Shown in pieces: positions 1 through 10,935 of a DNA stretch of 36,824 nt (position 1 is the stretch's first letter; every line of letters starts with the position of its first letter). The position numbers were made by a program, and so were the translations under genes. The stretch is from Intoshia linei (Eukaryota > Animalia > Orthonectida): contig LWCA01000246.1 of assembly GCA_001642005.1 (NCBI GenBank), forward strand, positions 1-36,824, in the 5' to 3' direction. The notes beneath the pieces were generated by a model, which was not told where the DNA came from, did not search any database, and saw only the letters and a program-made list of their open reading frames with translations.

Positions 1-520
1 TTATTTTTCATCGGGAATGCGTAGATTTCTTGGGTTGAACTTTTGTATTTATATTAACTGGAATAAGCTCTATCAAAATAATTTTTTTTTTTAATTTTCT
101 GACCGTTAATTATTTCACATTTTTTTTTTTAATAAAATATTTTAAAAAAAAAAATATGAATACTAAAATGCTTTTTTGACTGACCGTGACGTCGTCACTT
201 ATTCGGATTGAAATTTTTTTATGTGTGTTAACATGATACAACTCTACCACCTGTAAATTTTTTGAAATTTAAAAAAAGATGGGTAATTTGTGGTTTTGGC
301 CCTAAAGATATATTTTTTTTAAATTCTCCAACTCGTTTATTTTCAAAAAGAGAGACAATTGGGGTTTTTGACCCGTAAGATGTGAGTTTGGGAGGTCAAA
401 ATTATGTTTGCGAACAAACTGTAATTGAAATGTGAACTTGAAATGGGGCGAAATTTTTGTACTCGTGTGGGATGGCACTGAAAAAAAGTGTTATTTTCGC
501 TTTAACATTTTGACTCTGTA
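1..520 (-). repeat. Dispersed repeat family A (probable non-autonomous DNA transposon), in an ABCC intron
   Basis: Reverse complement aligns by eye with 32870-33332, 10790-10935 and 2940-3075 (e.g. GATAGAGCTTATwCCA, AAAAACCCCAATTGTC, AAACGAGTTGGAGAATTTAAAAAAAATATAT). Confidence 0.85.
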
Positions 521-573
521 TGAGAATATTATTATAGTAAAGTTATTACATGTATATTGATTCATTTAATTAG

Positions 574-1456
574 ATAGGTATTGTAGGAAGAACTGGATCA
601 GGAAAAACGACCCTTGCTATGTCTCTGTTCAGAATAGATAAGCCAACATCAGGATCGATTATCATAGACGGTGTAGATATTAACGAAATTGATTTACACA
701 AATTAAGATATTCAATAAGCCTAATTCCGCAAGTTCTTATATAAATTATTTTTCTAATAAAATTGTAGGATCCAGTTGTGTTTGCATTATCGATTCGCGA
801 AAATTTGGATCCGCATTTTATATCGACCGATGAAGAAATTTGGAAATCTTTGGAGCATTGTCACCTTAAAGAATATGTCAAGTCGCTAGCGCTAGGGCTC
901 AAGTATAACTGTGGTGGAAATGGGTCAAACTTTAGTGTAGGACAAAGACAATTATTGTGCTTGGGTCGTGCATTACTACGTAAATCAAAGATAATAGTTC
1001 TCGATGAAGCCACAGCATCTATAGATCCAGTGACAGACACTTTGATCCAAAAAACCATTCAAGAAAACTTCAAAAACTGCACCATTATAACTATAGCTCA
1101 TAGAATTAACACAATTTTAGACTACGATAGGTGATTACAATTGTTAATATATTTAGAAATATTCAATTAACGTCTTAACATTTCTAGTTCATTTTTATTT
1201 CGGGTAAATTTTGATTTGAATACAAAAAATGTTAGCAAATATCCAAAATTTAACACCCTAAAATACCTTAATAAATATTAACGTTAAATTATAAATATTA
1301 CAATATCAATCAATGTCATATTAAAAATTGTTAACAAAAATATTTAGAATATTGGTAATGGATAGTGGTAGGGTGGTCGAATATGATACCGTTAAAAACT
1401 TACGATATAAAAAAGGAATTTTTTTCAATCTACTTGAAGATGCTAATTTAAATTAA
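574..1456 (+). CDS. ABC transporter subfamily C (MRP-like), C-terminal NBD2; 5'-partial. Exons 574-732, 769-1130, 1348-1456
   Basis: Spliced translation has Walker [14 protein letters not shown]-loop IPQ|DP, signature FSVGQRQ, Walker [11 protein letters not shown]-loop IAHR and the end [13 protein letters not shown]...LLEDANLN*. Introns are GT-AG, 36 and 217 nt. Upstream exons lie outside the window. Confidence 0.95.
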
Positions 1457-2030
1457 ATGTATACTTGTCTTATTAACGTGTTTTATTGTATTTATCCTAA
1501 ACCCTTGCTTTTTAAACTTTTTTCAGTATTAAAGTATCAATATAATTTCAATGCTTTCAAAAATACTTTTATATTCATAAATACTGTCAAGAAGCTTTTC
1601 CCAAATGCCGGTCCGTGAAAAAATCTTTACTAATTAGAAGTCAATTTATTACGTTTTTTTTAAAAATTTTATAATTTAATATTGGTCATACGTGAAAAAA
1701 TGAGGTAAAGCCTTCTGTAAAGGTCAACATTACTCGTATCGTTCTCACGGTGTTAGTAATGTAGACCCAGGAACTCGAAAATAAAAATTCTGCTCTAGCC
1801 ATTCATCATTGTTGTTTTTAATTTTCGCTTACTGAAATTGAGTTGAACAAAAATATTCATATTGAAAGCGAATTTTTTACAGTAACTACAAAAATTTATC
1901 TAGTTTTTACCATAACTATAATTCCATGACTATTATCATAATTGATACTAAAAGTTTGGGTTAATCCGTGCATAATTTACATACCAATAATATTCATTTT
2001 CGTTCAATTTAAATTTATCTCGTTCTCATC

Positions 2031-5000
2031 ATGGTTCTTACTAAACCCGTAAGAAAGGTACCAATTAATATTCAGGTTATTAGATTGTTTTTAATGAAAT
2101 TACATTTATATTATTTAATTTCATTCATATTATTGATAATTTTTAGAGCTCGCATAAACGCATTATAATAAAAAACGGAACTATTGTAAATGATGATCAT
2201 AAATTCGTAGCTGATATCTACATTGAAAATGATACAATCAAGTATTTGTTATTTGACTCATTTTTATTTTTAAAGGGACATTGGGAAGAAGTTGATGCAT
2301 CCTGGAGGTGCTCACGAAATTGATGCTACTGGATGTCTAATTTTGCCTGGTAATTTTATTTTATAAAAATTCTTATGCAAAATACATCATGAATTATCTG
2401 AGATTTTGTTTAAATGTTTCCATATTTTGTATGCACGACTAAAAATCAATGTGCACCATATTTCGCTTGAAATTTTTAAACTTTAATTTAGCAAAGTTGA
2501 CAATTCATTAGAATTATAAAGTCTAAGTTTGTTCAGACATGGTTATGTATAAAAATCTTATACTCATCAATGTTCGACAATGGGGGAATTGTTTTGATGA
2601 TGATACAATGTAACAGTTGTTTTATTATTAAGACGACATACATTTTTAGAATGATTTAAATCCATGCATTTCATGGGGTCACTGGGTTAATTTTATTAGG
2701 GGATGAATACGAAAATTTTCGCATATTTCATTCAATTTAATAAAATTTTATAAAAAAAACCAAAAATTTACCAACTCTTAACGCTTTTGCTGTCTGCATT
2801 CTGTTATGCACAGTAAAATAATCAAAAACTTTATTATTTTATGTGTTATTCTAACTTATATAATATGCTACGCGATTTTTGTTTATGTTGTGTCTTTGTG
2901 TTCAGCTTTATTTAAATAACGATCCGTCTTAGAATTTTATAAAGTTCACATTTCAATTACAGTTTTTTTTGGGGGTGTTCGAAAACATAATTTCAAACTC
3001 ACGTCTTACTGGTTTAAAAACCCCAATTGTCCCTTTTTGAAAATCAAACGATTTGGAGAATTTAAAAAAATATATATGCTGATATGGATTTTAAAATCAT
3101 AAACATTGAGTAAATAAATCATAAGATTCGGTTAATTATTGATATATAAGTGGTATTTTTAAGTATTTATTAATTTGGTACTGAATATATATTACATTGA
3201 AAATGACAAAATAGGTTTTTATAATTTTATTTTTTTTGGAATTTATGCTATTTTGACAAAATTTTTAATGAGTGTTTTTACTTTATTGTTAAGATTATAC
3301 AACTCATTCTGTCTAATAAATTATTTCTTTAATTTTATTTTTTCTGGAATTTATGCTATTTATGACAATTTTTAGGATTGGACGTTTTTACTTTACTTTT
3401 AAATGTTAAACAAAAAATTAAGATGGAATAATTCACTTTAAAGTAAAAAGTAATGTGATATGATGGTTTCACCTGCACAACTTTGGGAACTACTCCTTTA
3501 AAGGATTGATAATAGTCATTAGTAGAATTTTTAAATGGGAAGTATTTTATTTGTCAGTATTTTAATAAAAAATTTTCAGTATAAATATTAAAATGTACTT
3601 TGTCATTATTCAATTACATATTTGTCAGTTTTACTAATTTAAATAATGGCAGTATATTTAAAGTTCTGACAAAATAATTTTTTTTAATGCTTTTTCAATT
3701 TAAATACTGATAATAAATTATTGATACTGGCACCTAAAATACTGACAATTTAATAATTTTACTGAAACTATTTAAAATACTGACACTTTACGATTAAAAT
3801 ACTGACGCTATAAATACAAGCCTTTTTAAATTGTATTTTCAACGTGAATTTATTGTTTATGTATAATAAAAATGTGCCGTCGGCAGAGATAGGTCCTGTT
3901 TGTACGTAGTACATAACAGTCAACTTAGTCTTATATATTTTCAATGTGGATCACATTGGTAATTTAAAATTATACAAGTTTAAATTAAAACATAAATTTC
4001 AGACAGCGAAAGGGTTAAGGAAAAAATCCCTCTATCTGATTCCAAAAGAAAAAACCTAATTTTACCTACCTTTAAGGAAAAAACTTTTTTTATCAATATT
4101 TTGCTGAACAATCCCATTTTACCAAATTTTTAGATCAATAATTGCTATATCTGATTCCTAAAGAAAAACACCAACCCCAAAATAAATAATCCTTTTTTAC
4201 ATATATTGTTTTGAAAAATTATTTCTCAGACTAAATTTTTTTATGAATGAAATAACTTCATAATCATTATGTAGTAATTGTGTCAACCATGATTTATAAA
4301 ATGTTTAATATTCACTAAAAAATATTTTTGGGACAAAAATGTATATTAATTTACAGGTGGAATCGATTTGAATACGAATTTTGATTGTGATTTGGTGGAT
4401 GATAAAAGTTGTACTGATTATGAAATAGGTTCCAGAGCTGCATTGATCGGCGGAACAACAACTATAGGTAAATTTCGTTATTAGATATAGAAATTTTAAG
4501 GAAAATGAAAAAATTTATTTACATTATTTAATTGTTAATATTATTTTTTTGAAATTACCTCTGTAATATAGTTAACAATGTTTCATCAACTAGCTTTAAT
4601 GATAAACCTAAAGAATACATAAAAAACATCGAGAATAATGTTTGCTGTGACTTTGTTTTATCCGTTCAAGTACCTGATGATGCAAATCTGAAATATATTA
4701 AATTGATAAAAGAATACGCACTTGAATATGACATAAAAATTTTTCATATTCCTGTTGATTTAGATTTTGAAATTTTGACGTCTCTTCTTGAAACTATATC
4801 AGAGTTGGGCTGTTTGGCTGTTTTTAAACCTTTTTCAAAGAAAATATTTGAATATGTAAGTAGTTTCAATACTTAACAAATGAGAATATTCTTAAATCCA
4901 ACCATTTTTACAAAATTTCAAAATCCAGTTTTACCGACCCATAACTATAACTTGGAAAAATCCATAACTATATTATAGAAAGTTTAGAAAAGTATTGTTT

Positions 5001-6941
5001 TTGTATTTAGTATTATACAGAAAAGTAATTAAATTTTTCTTTGGATTTTTGTTACAAACTTGATCAATTTTTTTTTTAAGTGGAATATTTTTAATCTTTT
5101 ATGACATACTTTATGTAATTTTATAAATCTTGCTTAATTCTTTATTTATATAAATTCACAGTAATAAATATATACACCTTTTTAATTTAAATTGAATTTC
5201 AATAAGTAATTTTAGTTCTTGTTGGATACTCTGCAATTCGAATAAAATTGGATTTTTTCTTTTAGAGTTGGTAAAACTGGATTTTTCCCTTTATTGTTTG
5301 GTAAATGTTGATTTTTAATAAAAAGGTTTGGATTTTGTAGACGCTTTAATTGAATTGATTTTAACGTGTATATTTTCATATTTAGAATTGTGATAAATTG
5401 GCAAAGAAAAATCCCAAGGAAAAGTATGGACCAGAATTGTTAAAATATTCCTTTTCTGATGATGTATGTATTCCGTTATAATTATATTTTTGTTTTAGGA
5501 TCAAGTTTCCGTTTATATGTACATTTTGAATGTCTTGAAGAATGTCGAGTGTCCAGCTGTTTTTACTGGCATAACTAATGATGAAATATTGGATTTGGTT
5601 AAAGGTGCTTTAAAATTTCATTTTAATTAATTTTAATTTGGTAAATAGACGAAATTACTCCAAATACGCATTTATCGTTTAGTGTTCCGGCTCTTTATCA
5701 CAATGCGACAAATTTATTGAATGAATGCTGGATGCATGCAGCCTCTCATATGTGTAAACCTCCATTATCCACCAATTTTAATGTAAACAAATGTGTTTCT
5801 AAACTTGCACAAGGTTTTGGTTATAGTTCAGTAGATTCTAATCATATTGGTGTCTCTTCTAAACAAAGAATGAAAGGCTGGAGTAATGCCCGTAATATTC
5901 CGTGCGGAATAAATTCTGTTCAATATAGGATGATTGTTTTGTGGTCCCAGGGTGTTGAAGTAAATTAAATTTATTATTTTATGTATGTTCAAATTTTAGA
6001 AAAGTGGAATTATTGACCCTTGCAAGTTTGTTGCCATTACCAGTTCAAATGCTGCAAAATTATTAAACATGTATCCTAAAAAGGTTAATTATAATGATTA
6101 AAATATTTAACTAAGGGGTAGATGAATGAATTGACCACGTCTTTAAATTAGGTTTAGAATAATGCTTCCAGAGCTATTGATTAAAATCAATTCACTAATT
6201 TTATTCATTACATTTTTTTGAACTCAAAAATCTGAAATTTTTTCAATTAATATTGGAAAATATCTGAATTTTAATTTAATTGTTTTAATTAGGGACGTAT
6301 CGATGTTGAATCTATTGCAGATATTGTCATATTAAATACTTTGAGTAATACGGAAATTGATGCTACACCTCAAGATGGTTGTGATATGAGTATCTATTCA
6401 GAATTGGATTCAAAAGTTAAGATTCAGTATGTGATAAAATCTGGACAAATTGTAGTTGACAATGAAGTATTTTTTTTTAAATTTTCTTCAATTTTCTTTA
6501 GGATGTTTTTATTCACAATCAAATTGGTAAGCATTGCCAAGTTGAAGAGTTTTCGTACATGTACGACACTGTGGACAGAGTTAAGGAGGTTTTTTAATTT
6601 TATTTAAACAAAATATTCTTATTTTTCATTTAGTCGAGCCAGACTAAAACTCCGTGTATTTCCCGAGATAAACCAAATGATGTTATCGAAGATGATATTA
6701 TTGTGCCAAAAGAAACAAATGGTCATTGTACACCTGATAAGCCAATTGAAGAAGAATTTGTGAATAAAACCAGAAGAAATCCTACCGGCGTTCAAAGTCA
6801 GTTAGTTTCATCAATTTCATTTGGAGGTTTTATTTTATATTATTTTTATAAATTTTTAAACTAGATTATGCGGAAATTAAAGAAAAACCCTCAACTAAAG
6901 TATCTAATCCTCCCGGAGGAAAATCTACCAGGTTGTGGTAA
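2031..6941 (+). CDS. Dihydropyrimidinase/CRMP (UNC-33)-family protein, predicted non-catalytic, ~572 aa. Exons 2031-2075, 2147-2241, 2276-2349, 4357-4467, 4572-4855, 5386-5463, 5499-5604, 5649-5959, 6000-6083, 6293-6466, 6502-6588, 6634-6826, 6865-6941
   Basis: N-terminus KPVRKVPINIQ..RIIIKNGTIVNDD, then IDATGCLILPGGID, AALIGGTTTI, FVAITSSNAAKLLNMYPKKGRI and C-terminal PPGGKSTRLW*, all matching invertebrate DHP/CRMP proteins. All 12 introns are GT-AG and phase-consistent. Confidence 0.92.
2840..3106 (+). repeat. Repeat family A copy (CRMP intron 3)
   Basis: Direct similarity to 32780-33045 (CTAACTTATATA...ACGCGATTTTTGTTT...GATTTTAAAATCATAAACAT). Confidence 0.85.
3412..3928 (+). mobile_element. 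Helitron-like non-autonomous repeat, copy 1 (interrupted by a nested MITE)
   Basis: 3412-3536 plus 3832-3928 are colinear with 19561-19788. The 3' end is hairpin CTGTT-TGTAC-GTA-GTACA-T-AACAG followed by TTAG|T (CTAG|T in copy 2). No 5' TC was identified, so the class is tentative. Confidence 0.55.
3537..3822. mobile_element. Mutator/foldback-like MITE with 9-bp TSD
   Basis: TSD TTTTTAAAT at 3528-3536 and 3823-3831. Imperfect ~30-bp TIRs start with GG. TGTCAGTATTTT subrepeats in the left half mirror AAAATACTGACA in the right half. The empty site is visible at 19683-19691. Confidence 0.85.
4895..5335. repeat. Foldback (inverted repeat) element filling CRMP intron 5
   Basis: AAATCCAGTTTTACCGAC (4921-4938) is 17/18 complementary to GTTGGTAAAACTGGATTT (5267-5284), with further flanking complementarity. 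Boundaries are approximate. Confidence 0.6.
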
Positions 6942-7104
6942 ATTTGTTGTTTGAAATTCATTAAAAATTTTGTCTTATGCGTGTAATTTTTAATTTAAAC
7001 ACAATTATACTAATCTTTTTATGAATGACCCATGGAAAAAAGTTGAGAAACTGATAAGATTTCACATATTATAGTTACAAAGTTCGTATTTTATTAATAT
7101 TTCT

Positions 7105-7515
7105 ATGGTATCTTTATTTATGTCTGAAACAGACATTTTATCTGAAATAAAACGAAGTGGGAAATTTGACGAATGGCGTCATAATGCTTTTAATACTATG
7201 AAATCGAGCGTATTTTATGCATTTTTTTTAATTTCATATTTATTAGAAGAAATATCGTAAACTTGCAGATAAAATAAAAAAATACGCTACAACACATACA
7301 AGGGATTTAAAGTTGGACGTAGAATCTCGAAAATATTCAATTCGGGAAGATTTTACAAACATTATTTTCAAGTAAACTTTTAATTTTTGAAATAAAAATT
7401 AAACAGAAATGGATCTATAAAGAAGGAAATGATGGAATTGATAAACTACAATTTAAACGAAAAAAATATGTGTTTATCAATTGGAAATTACTTGCATTCG
7501 ATAAATCCAGGTTAA
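7105..7515 (+). CDS. BOD1: BOD1/COMPASS-Shg1 domain protein, ~107-112 aa (ATG at 7105 or 7120). Exons 7105-7209, 7247-7371, 7407-7515
   Basis: Two GT-AG introns (37 and 35 nt) give an open frame MSETDILSEIKRSGKFDEWRHNAFNTMKSSKKYRKLADKIKKYATTH...RKYSIREDFTNIIFKNGSIKKEMMELI...INPG*. By recall this is colinear with BOD1 IVEQLKSRGLFDSFRR..AYQNLRQKVDNFVSTH..KNQLR..QSG. Confidence 0.8.
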
Positions 7516-7649
7516 CTCAAAAAAATGAAATTAATGAATTATAGAAAAGAGTGAAATTGAATTAAATATTCCATTACCCCAAGATTCTCCAATTAATAAA
7601 ACTTTGAAATAAATGTATATTTGATGAATAAAATTATCTGTGATAATTT

Positions 7650-9767
7650 TTACAATTCAGTGTGCTCATCATCTTCTTTAGGTTCTGCCTTTTCTTCGGA
7701 TTTTTCACTTTCCTTGTATTTGGATACAATTTTAGTTGTGTTTTCTTCAAACTTTTTCAATTCACTGTTCATTTCTTCAGCAGACGATTCCATGTGATGT
7801 GAATCAATCCAAGCGATGGCATCGCTGATAATTGTTTCTAATTCTGTTTTATCTTCTTCAGACAATTTTCCGCCCATTTTTTCCTTGTCATTGACATCGT
7901 TGCGAAGTCCATATACAGTAGATTCAAATTTATTCTTGGCTTCAGCCTTAGATTGGGCGACTTTGTCTTCATCGGCGTATTTTTCGGCGTCGTTGATCAT
8001 TCTGTCAATGTCTTCAGCTGACAATTTACTGTTTTCTTGGTTAATCTTGATAGATTCACTAAGTCCAGATCCTTTATCGGCGGCGGTAACGTGAAGAATA
8101 GAGTTAGCGTCCATTTCAAATGTAACCTCAATTTGTGGAACACCTCTCGGTGCCTTCTTGATACCTTTCAAATCGAATTTGCCCAATAGATGGTTGTCTT
8201 TGACCATTGATCTTTCACCTTCATGGACACTGATAGTAACAGTATCTTGGTTATCAGCAGCGGTAGAAAATATTTGAGTTTTTTTGGTTGGTATAACACT
8301 GTTTCTGGGAATAACTTTTGTCATCACCCCTCCAACAGTTTCGATACCCAAAGTCAATGGGTTGACGTCAATTAAAACAATACTGTCACCACCATCTGCA
8401 CCACTCAAAACACCAGCTTGAACTGCAGCTCCATATGCAATGGCTTCATCGGGGTTGATTCCACTGGCTGGTTCCTTTCCATTCAAAAATTGTTGAACAA
8501 GTTTTCGGACTTTAGGAATACGAGTAGAACCTCCTACCAAAACGACTTCATCAATTTCAGAAATTTTGAGATCGGCGTCATCCATAACTTTTTTGATGAT
8601 TTTCAATGATTTTTTAAAGTAATCCTAAATTGATACATTATACCAAATTTATTTTAACAATTACCATATTCAAATCCTCGAATTTGGCACGAGTTAAACT
8701 TTCTTTAAAATTTAGTCCTTTGAAGAAGGCTTCGATTTCTATTTTGGCCAATTGTTTAGTAGACAACTGTCTTTTTGCCTTTTCTACCTCTCTGCGAAGT
8801 CGTTGAACGGCTTTTTCATTTTGTCGTACATCTACATTGTTGCGTTTGTTGAAAAGTTTGATAAAGTAATCAATGACTCGGTTATCAAAATCTTCTCCAC
8901 CTAAATGAGTATCTCCATTGGTTGCCAATACTTCAAATACTCCATTGTCAATGGTAAGCAAAGTAACGTCAAATGTACCACCTCCCAAATCGTAAACCAA
9001 AACGTTTTTTTCGTCAGTTTTGTCCAATCCATAAGCAATGGCGGCAGCGGTACTAATTTAATATTAATTTTATAAAATTAAAATATTACGGTTCGTTGAT
9101 AATTCTCTTGACATTTAGTCCAGCAATTTTACCTGCGTCTTTTGTAGCTTGACGTTGAGCATCATTAAAGTATGCTGGAACAGTTACAACAGCGCAAGTT
9201 ATGGTTTGATTAAGGTATCCTTCGGCAGTTGTTTTCATGTAGTTCAAAACTGCAGCACTAACTTCTTCTGGCGCCAAGTGTAATTTTCTGTTATCACAGT
9301 TAACTTCGAGTTGTGGTTTATTGTTGACGTTATTGGTCTAATAAAATTTAAAAAATATATAATCAGTTACTTACAATAAATGGAAACACTTTAAGGTCCT
9401 TTTGAAGCATGGCATTGTCAAATTCAACGCCAATCATTCTCTTAATACTGTGGAAAGTATTTTTAAAGTTATGAGTTTGTTGATTTTTGGCCGCATCACC
9501 GATTGATCGCGTACAATCTTCGTTGTAGGCGACGTAGCTAGGTGTTATTCTGTTTCCCTGTTCGTTAGATATAATTTCAACGCGTCCATTCTTGTAAATA
9601 CCAACTCTAAAAATAATTACATTTAATCAAATCTCAAATTACACTGAATAAGTTGTTCCTAAATCAATTCCTATACACAGACCATCCTTTGATTCCTCCT
9701 TTTCTTCCTCTCCATATATATAACATGTTAAACTTAATAATAAAATTGTAAAAAATTTAATTTTCAT
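7650..9767 (-). CDS. HSPA5: ER chaperone BiP/GRP78 (Hsp70 family), ~655 aa. Exons 9767-9643, 9606-9375, 9337-9090, 9052-8665, 8624-7650
   Basis: Signal peptide [19 protein letters not shown]; motifs [57 protein letters not shown]; ER-retention-like C-terminus HTEL. Introns are 36, 37, 37 and 40 nt. Confidence 0.97.
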
Positions 9768-9835
9768 GTTAATTCTGGGTAAAAATTGATATTATGAAAA
9801 TTATGAAAACGATATCCACTAATAATCGTTCAGAA

Positions 9836-10151
9836 TGACGTGTTCGAATAGTATTTCTCAAATATGTTTGTCGTAGCGTTGTTGCTACATAACACGTATG
9901 CAGTTTATTTTGAATTCAACGCTTTAAATTTCGACACGTAATTTATTTGTTTGATAATCAATAAGGTTTGCTGAAATTATTTAATCCAATATACGTGGCA
10001 TGTTTAATGGTAGACACGTAAGTTGACCCTGAATTGTGCGTTCATTAAGATATATAATTTTAATTTACATACATTACATTACCTTATTATTTAACTTATT
10101 ATATTTACTAGGATATTAAAAATTAATTTGAATAAATGCTTAATGACGTCA
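9836..10151 (-). promoter_or_regulatory. Putative UPR-responsive (XBP1/ATF6/CREB-type bZIP) promoter module of BiP
   Basis: Six ACGT cores within 320 bp, starting 70 bp upstream of the ATG: TGACGTG 9836, ACACGTA 9892/9934/10014, CCAAT-a-TACGTGGC 9986-9999 and palindromic TGACGTCA 10144. Confidence 0.6.
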
Positions 10152-10789
10152 GATAAAAGAATAATTTACTCAAATATATAAATATTTATTCAAAATTTTG
10201 ACTAAAATCTTTTTGTATTTTGAAGAACATCCTTGGCATATTTTAATTTATGAGTATAATACAAAATATGTATTACATATGAATGTCATTCTTTATTTGT
10301 ATAAAAATGGATATGTGTGTAACCATTTGTTGAAAAAATTCATAGTCGCAGGATTTTAAAAAACCCAATTTCTAATACAGTTTTTCCCAGGGCGTGTTTT
10401 TATCCATTTTTCAATTTTCCCTTTTTTAAAAAAAAATGAACCCAAAAATTTAATAAAACATACATTCTCAGACGCGTTTTAAAATCATTAACATAGTCGT
10501 TAATCTTAGCCTCAAAATCATACCTTCATGATCAAAACCACACATTACTCTTTGTTTTAAAAATGATGCTTGTCCTAAAACTTTTTTATACATAAATTCT
10601 GGGATATTTTTTAAAATCATGAATGGAAACCTCAAAAAAAATAATTTTCACGATCAAAACCACACATTACCATTTTTTTTAAATGAAAACCACCCTACAA
10701 TTTAGAATTTAAAAAAATTACAGATGATACAGTTGTATCCTGTTAAGACACAAAAAAATTCAATAGGAATAAGTAACGCCTTCACATTC

Positions 10790-10935
10790 AAAAAAGTACT
10801 TTAATATTAATTTTTTTTATTTCGAAACTATTTTATTAAAAAAAAACAAAGGATTATTCTGATAGAGCTTATTCCATTTGATATAAATACATTATTTTAA
10901 CCCCAAAAGTCTATGCATTTCCGATGAAAAATAAT
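10790..10935 (+). repeat. Repeat family A copy within a longer degraded repeat region (~10380-12000)
   Basis: Matches the reverse complement of 1-180. The related subrepeat CATGATCAAAACCACACATTAC recurs at ~10527 and ~10649, with variants at ~11676 and ~11942. Confidence 0.75.

Noticed and set aside
3175-3375. Short hydrophobic or low-complexity ORFs (also 11909-12091, 20019-20231, 35951-36142)
   Set aside because: They derive from AT-rich repeats or intergenic DNA, with F/I/K/N bias and no family signature.
861-8609. Antisense ORFs 861-1058, 7816-8094 and 8418-8609 (also 17500-17718, 25868-26263, 26067-26267, 29690-29878)
   Set aside because: Shadow frames of real coding exons with no recognisable motifs.
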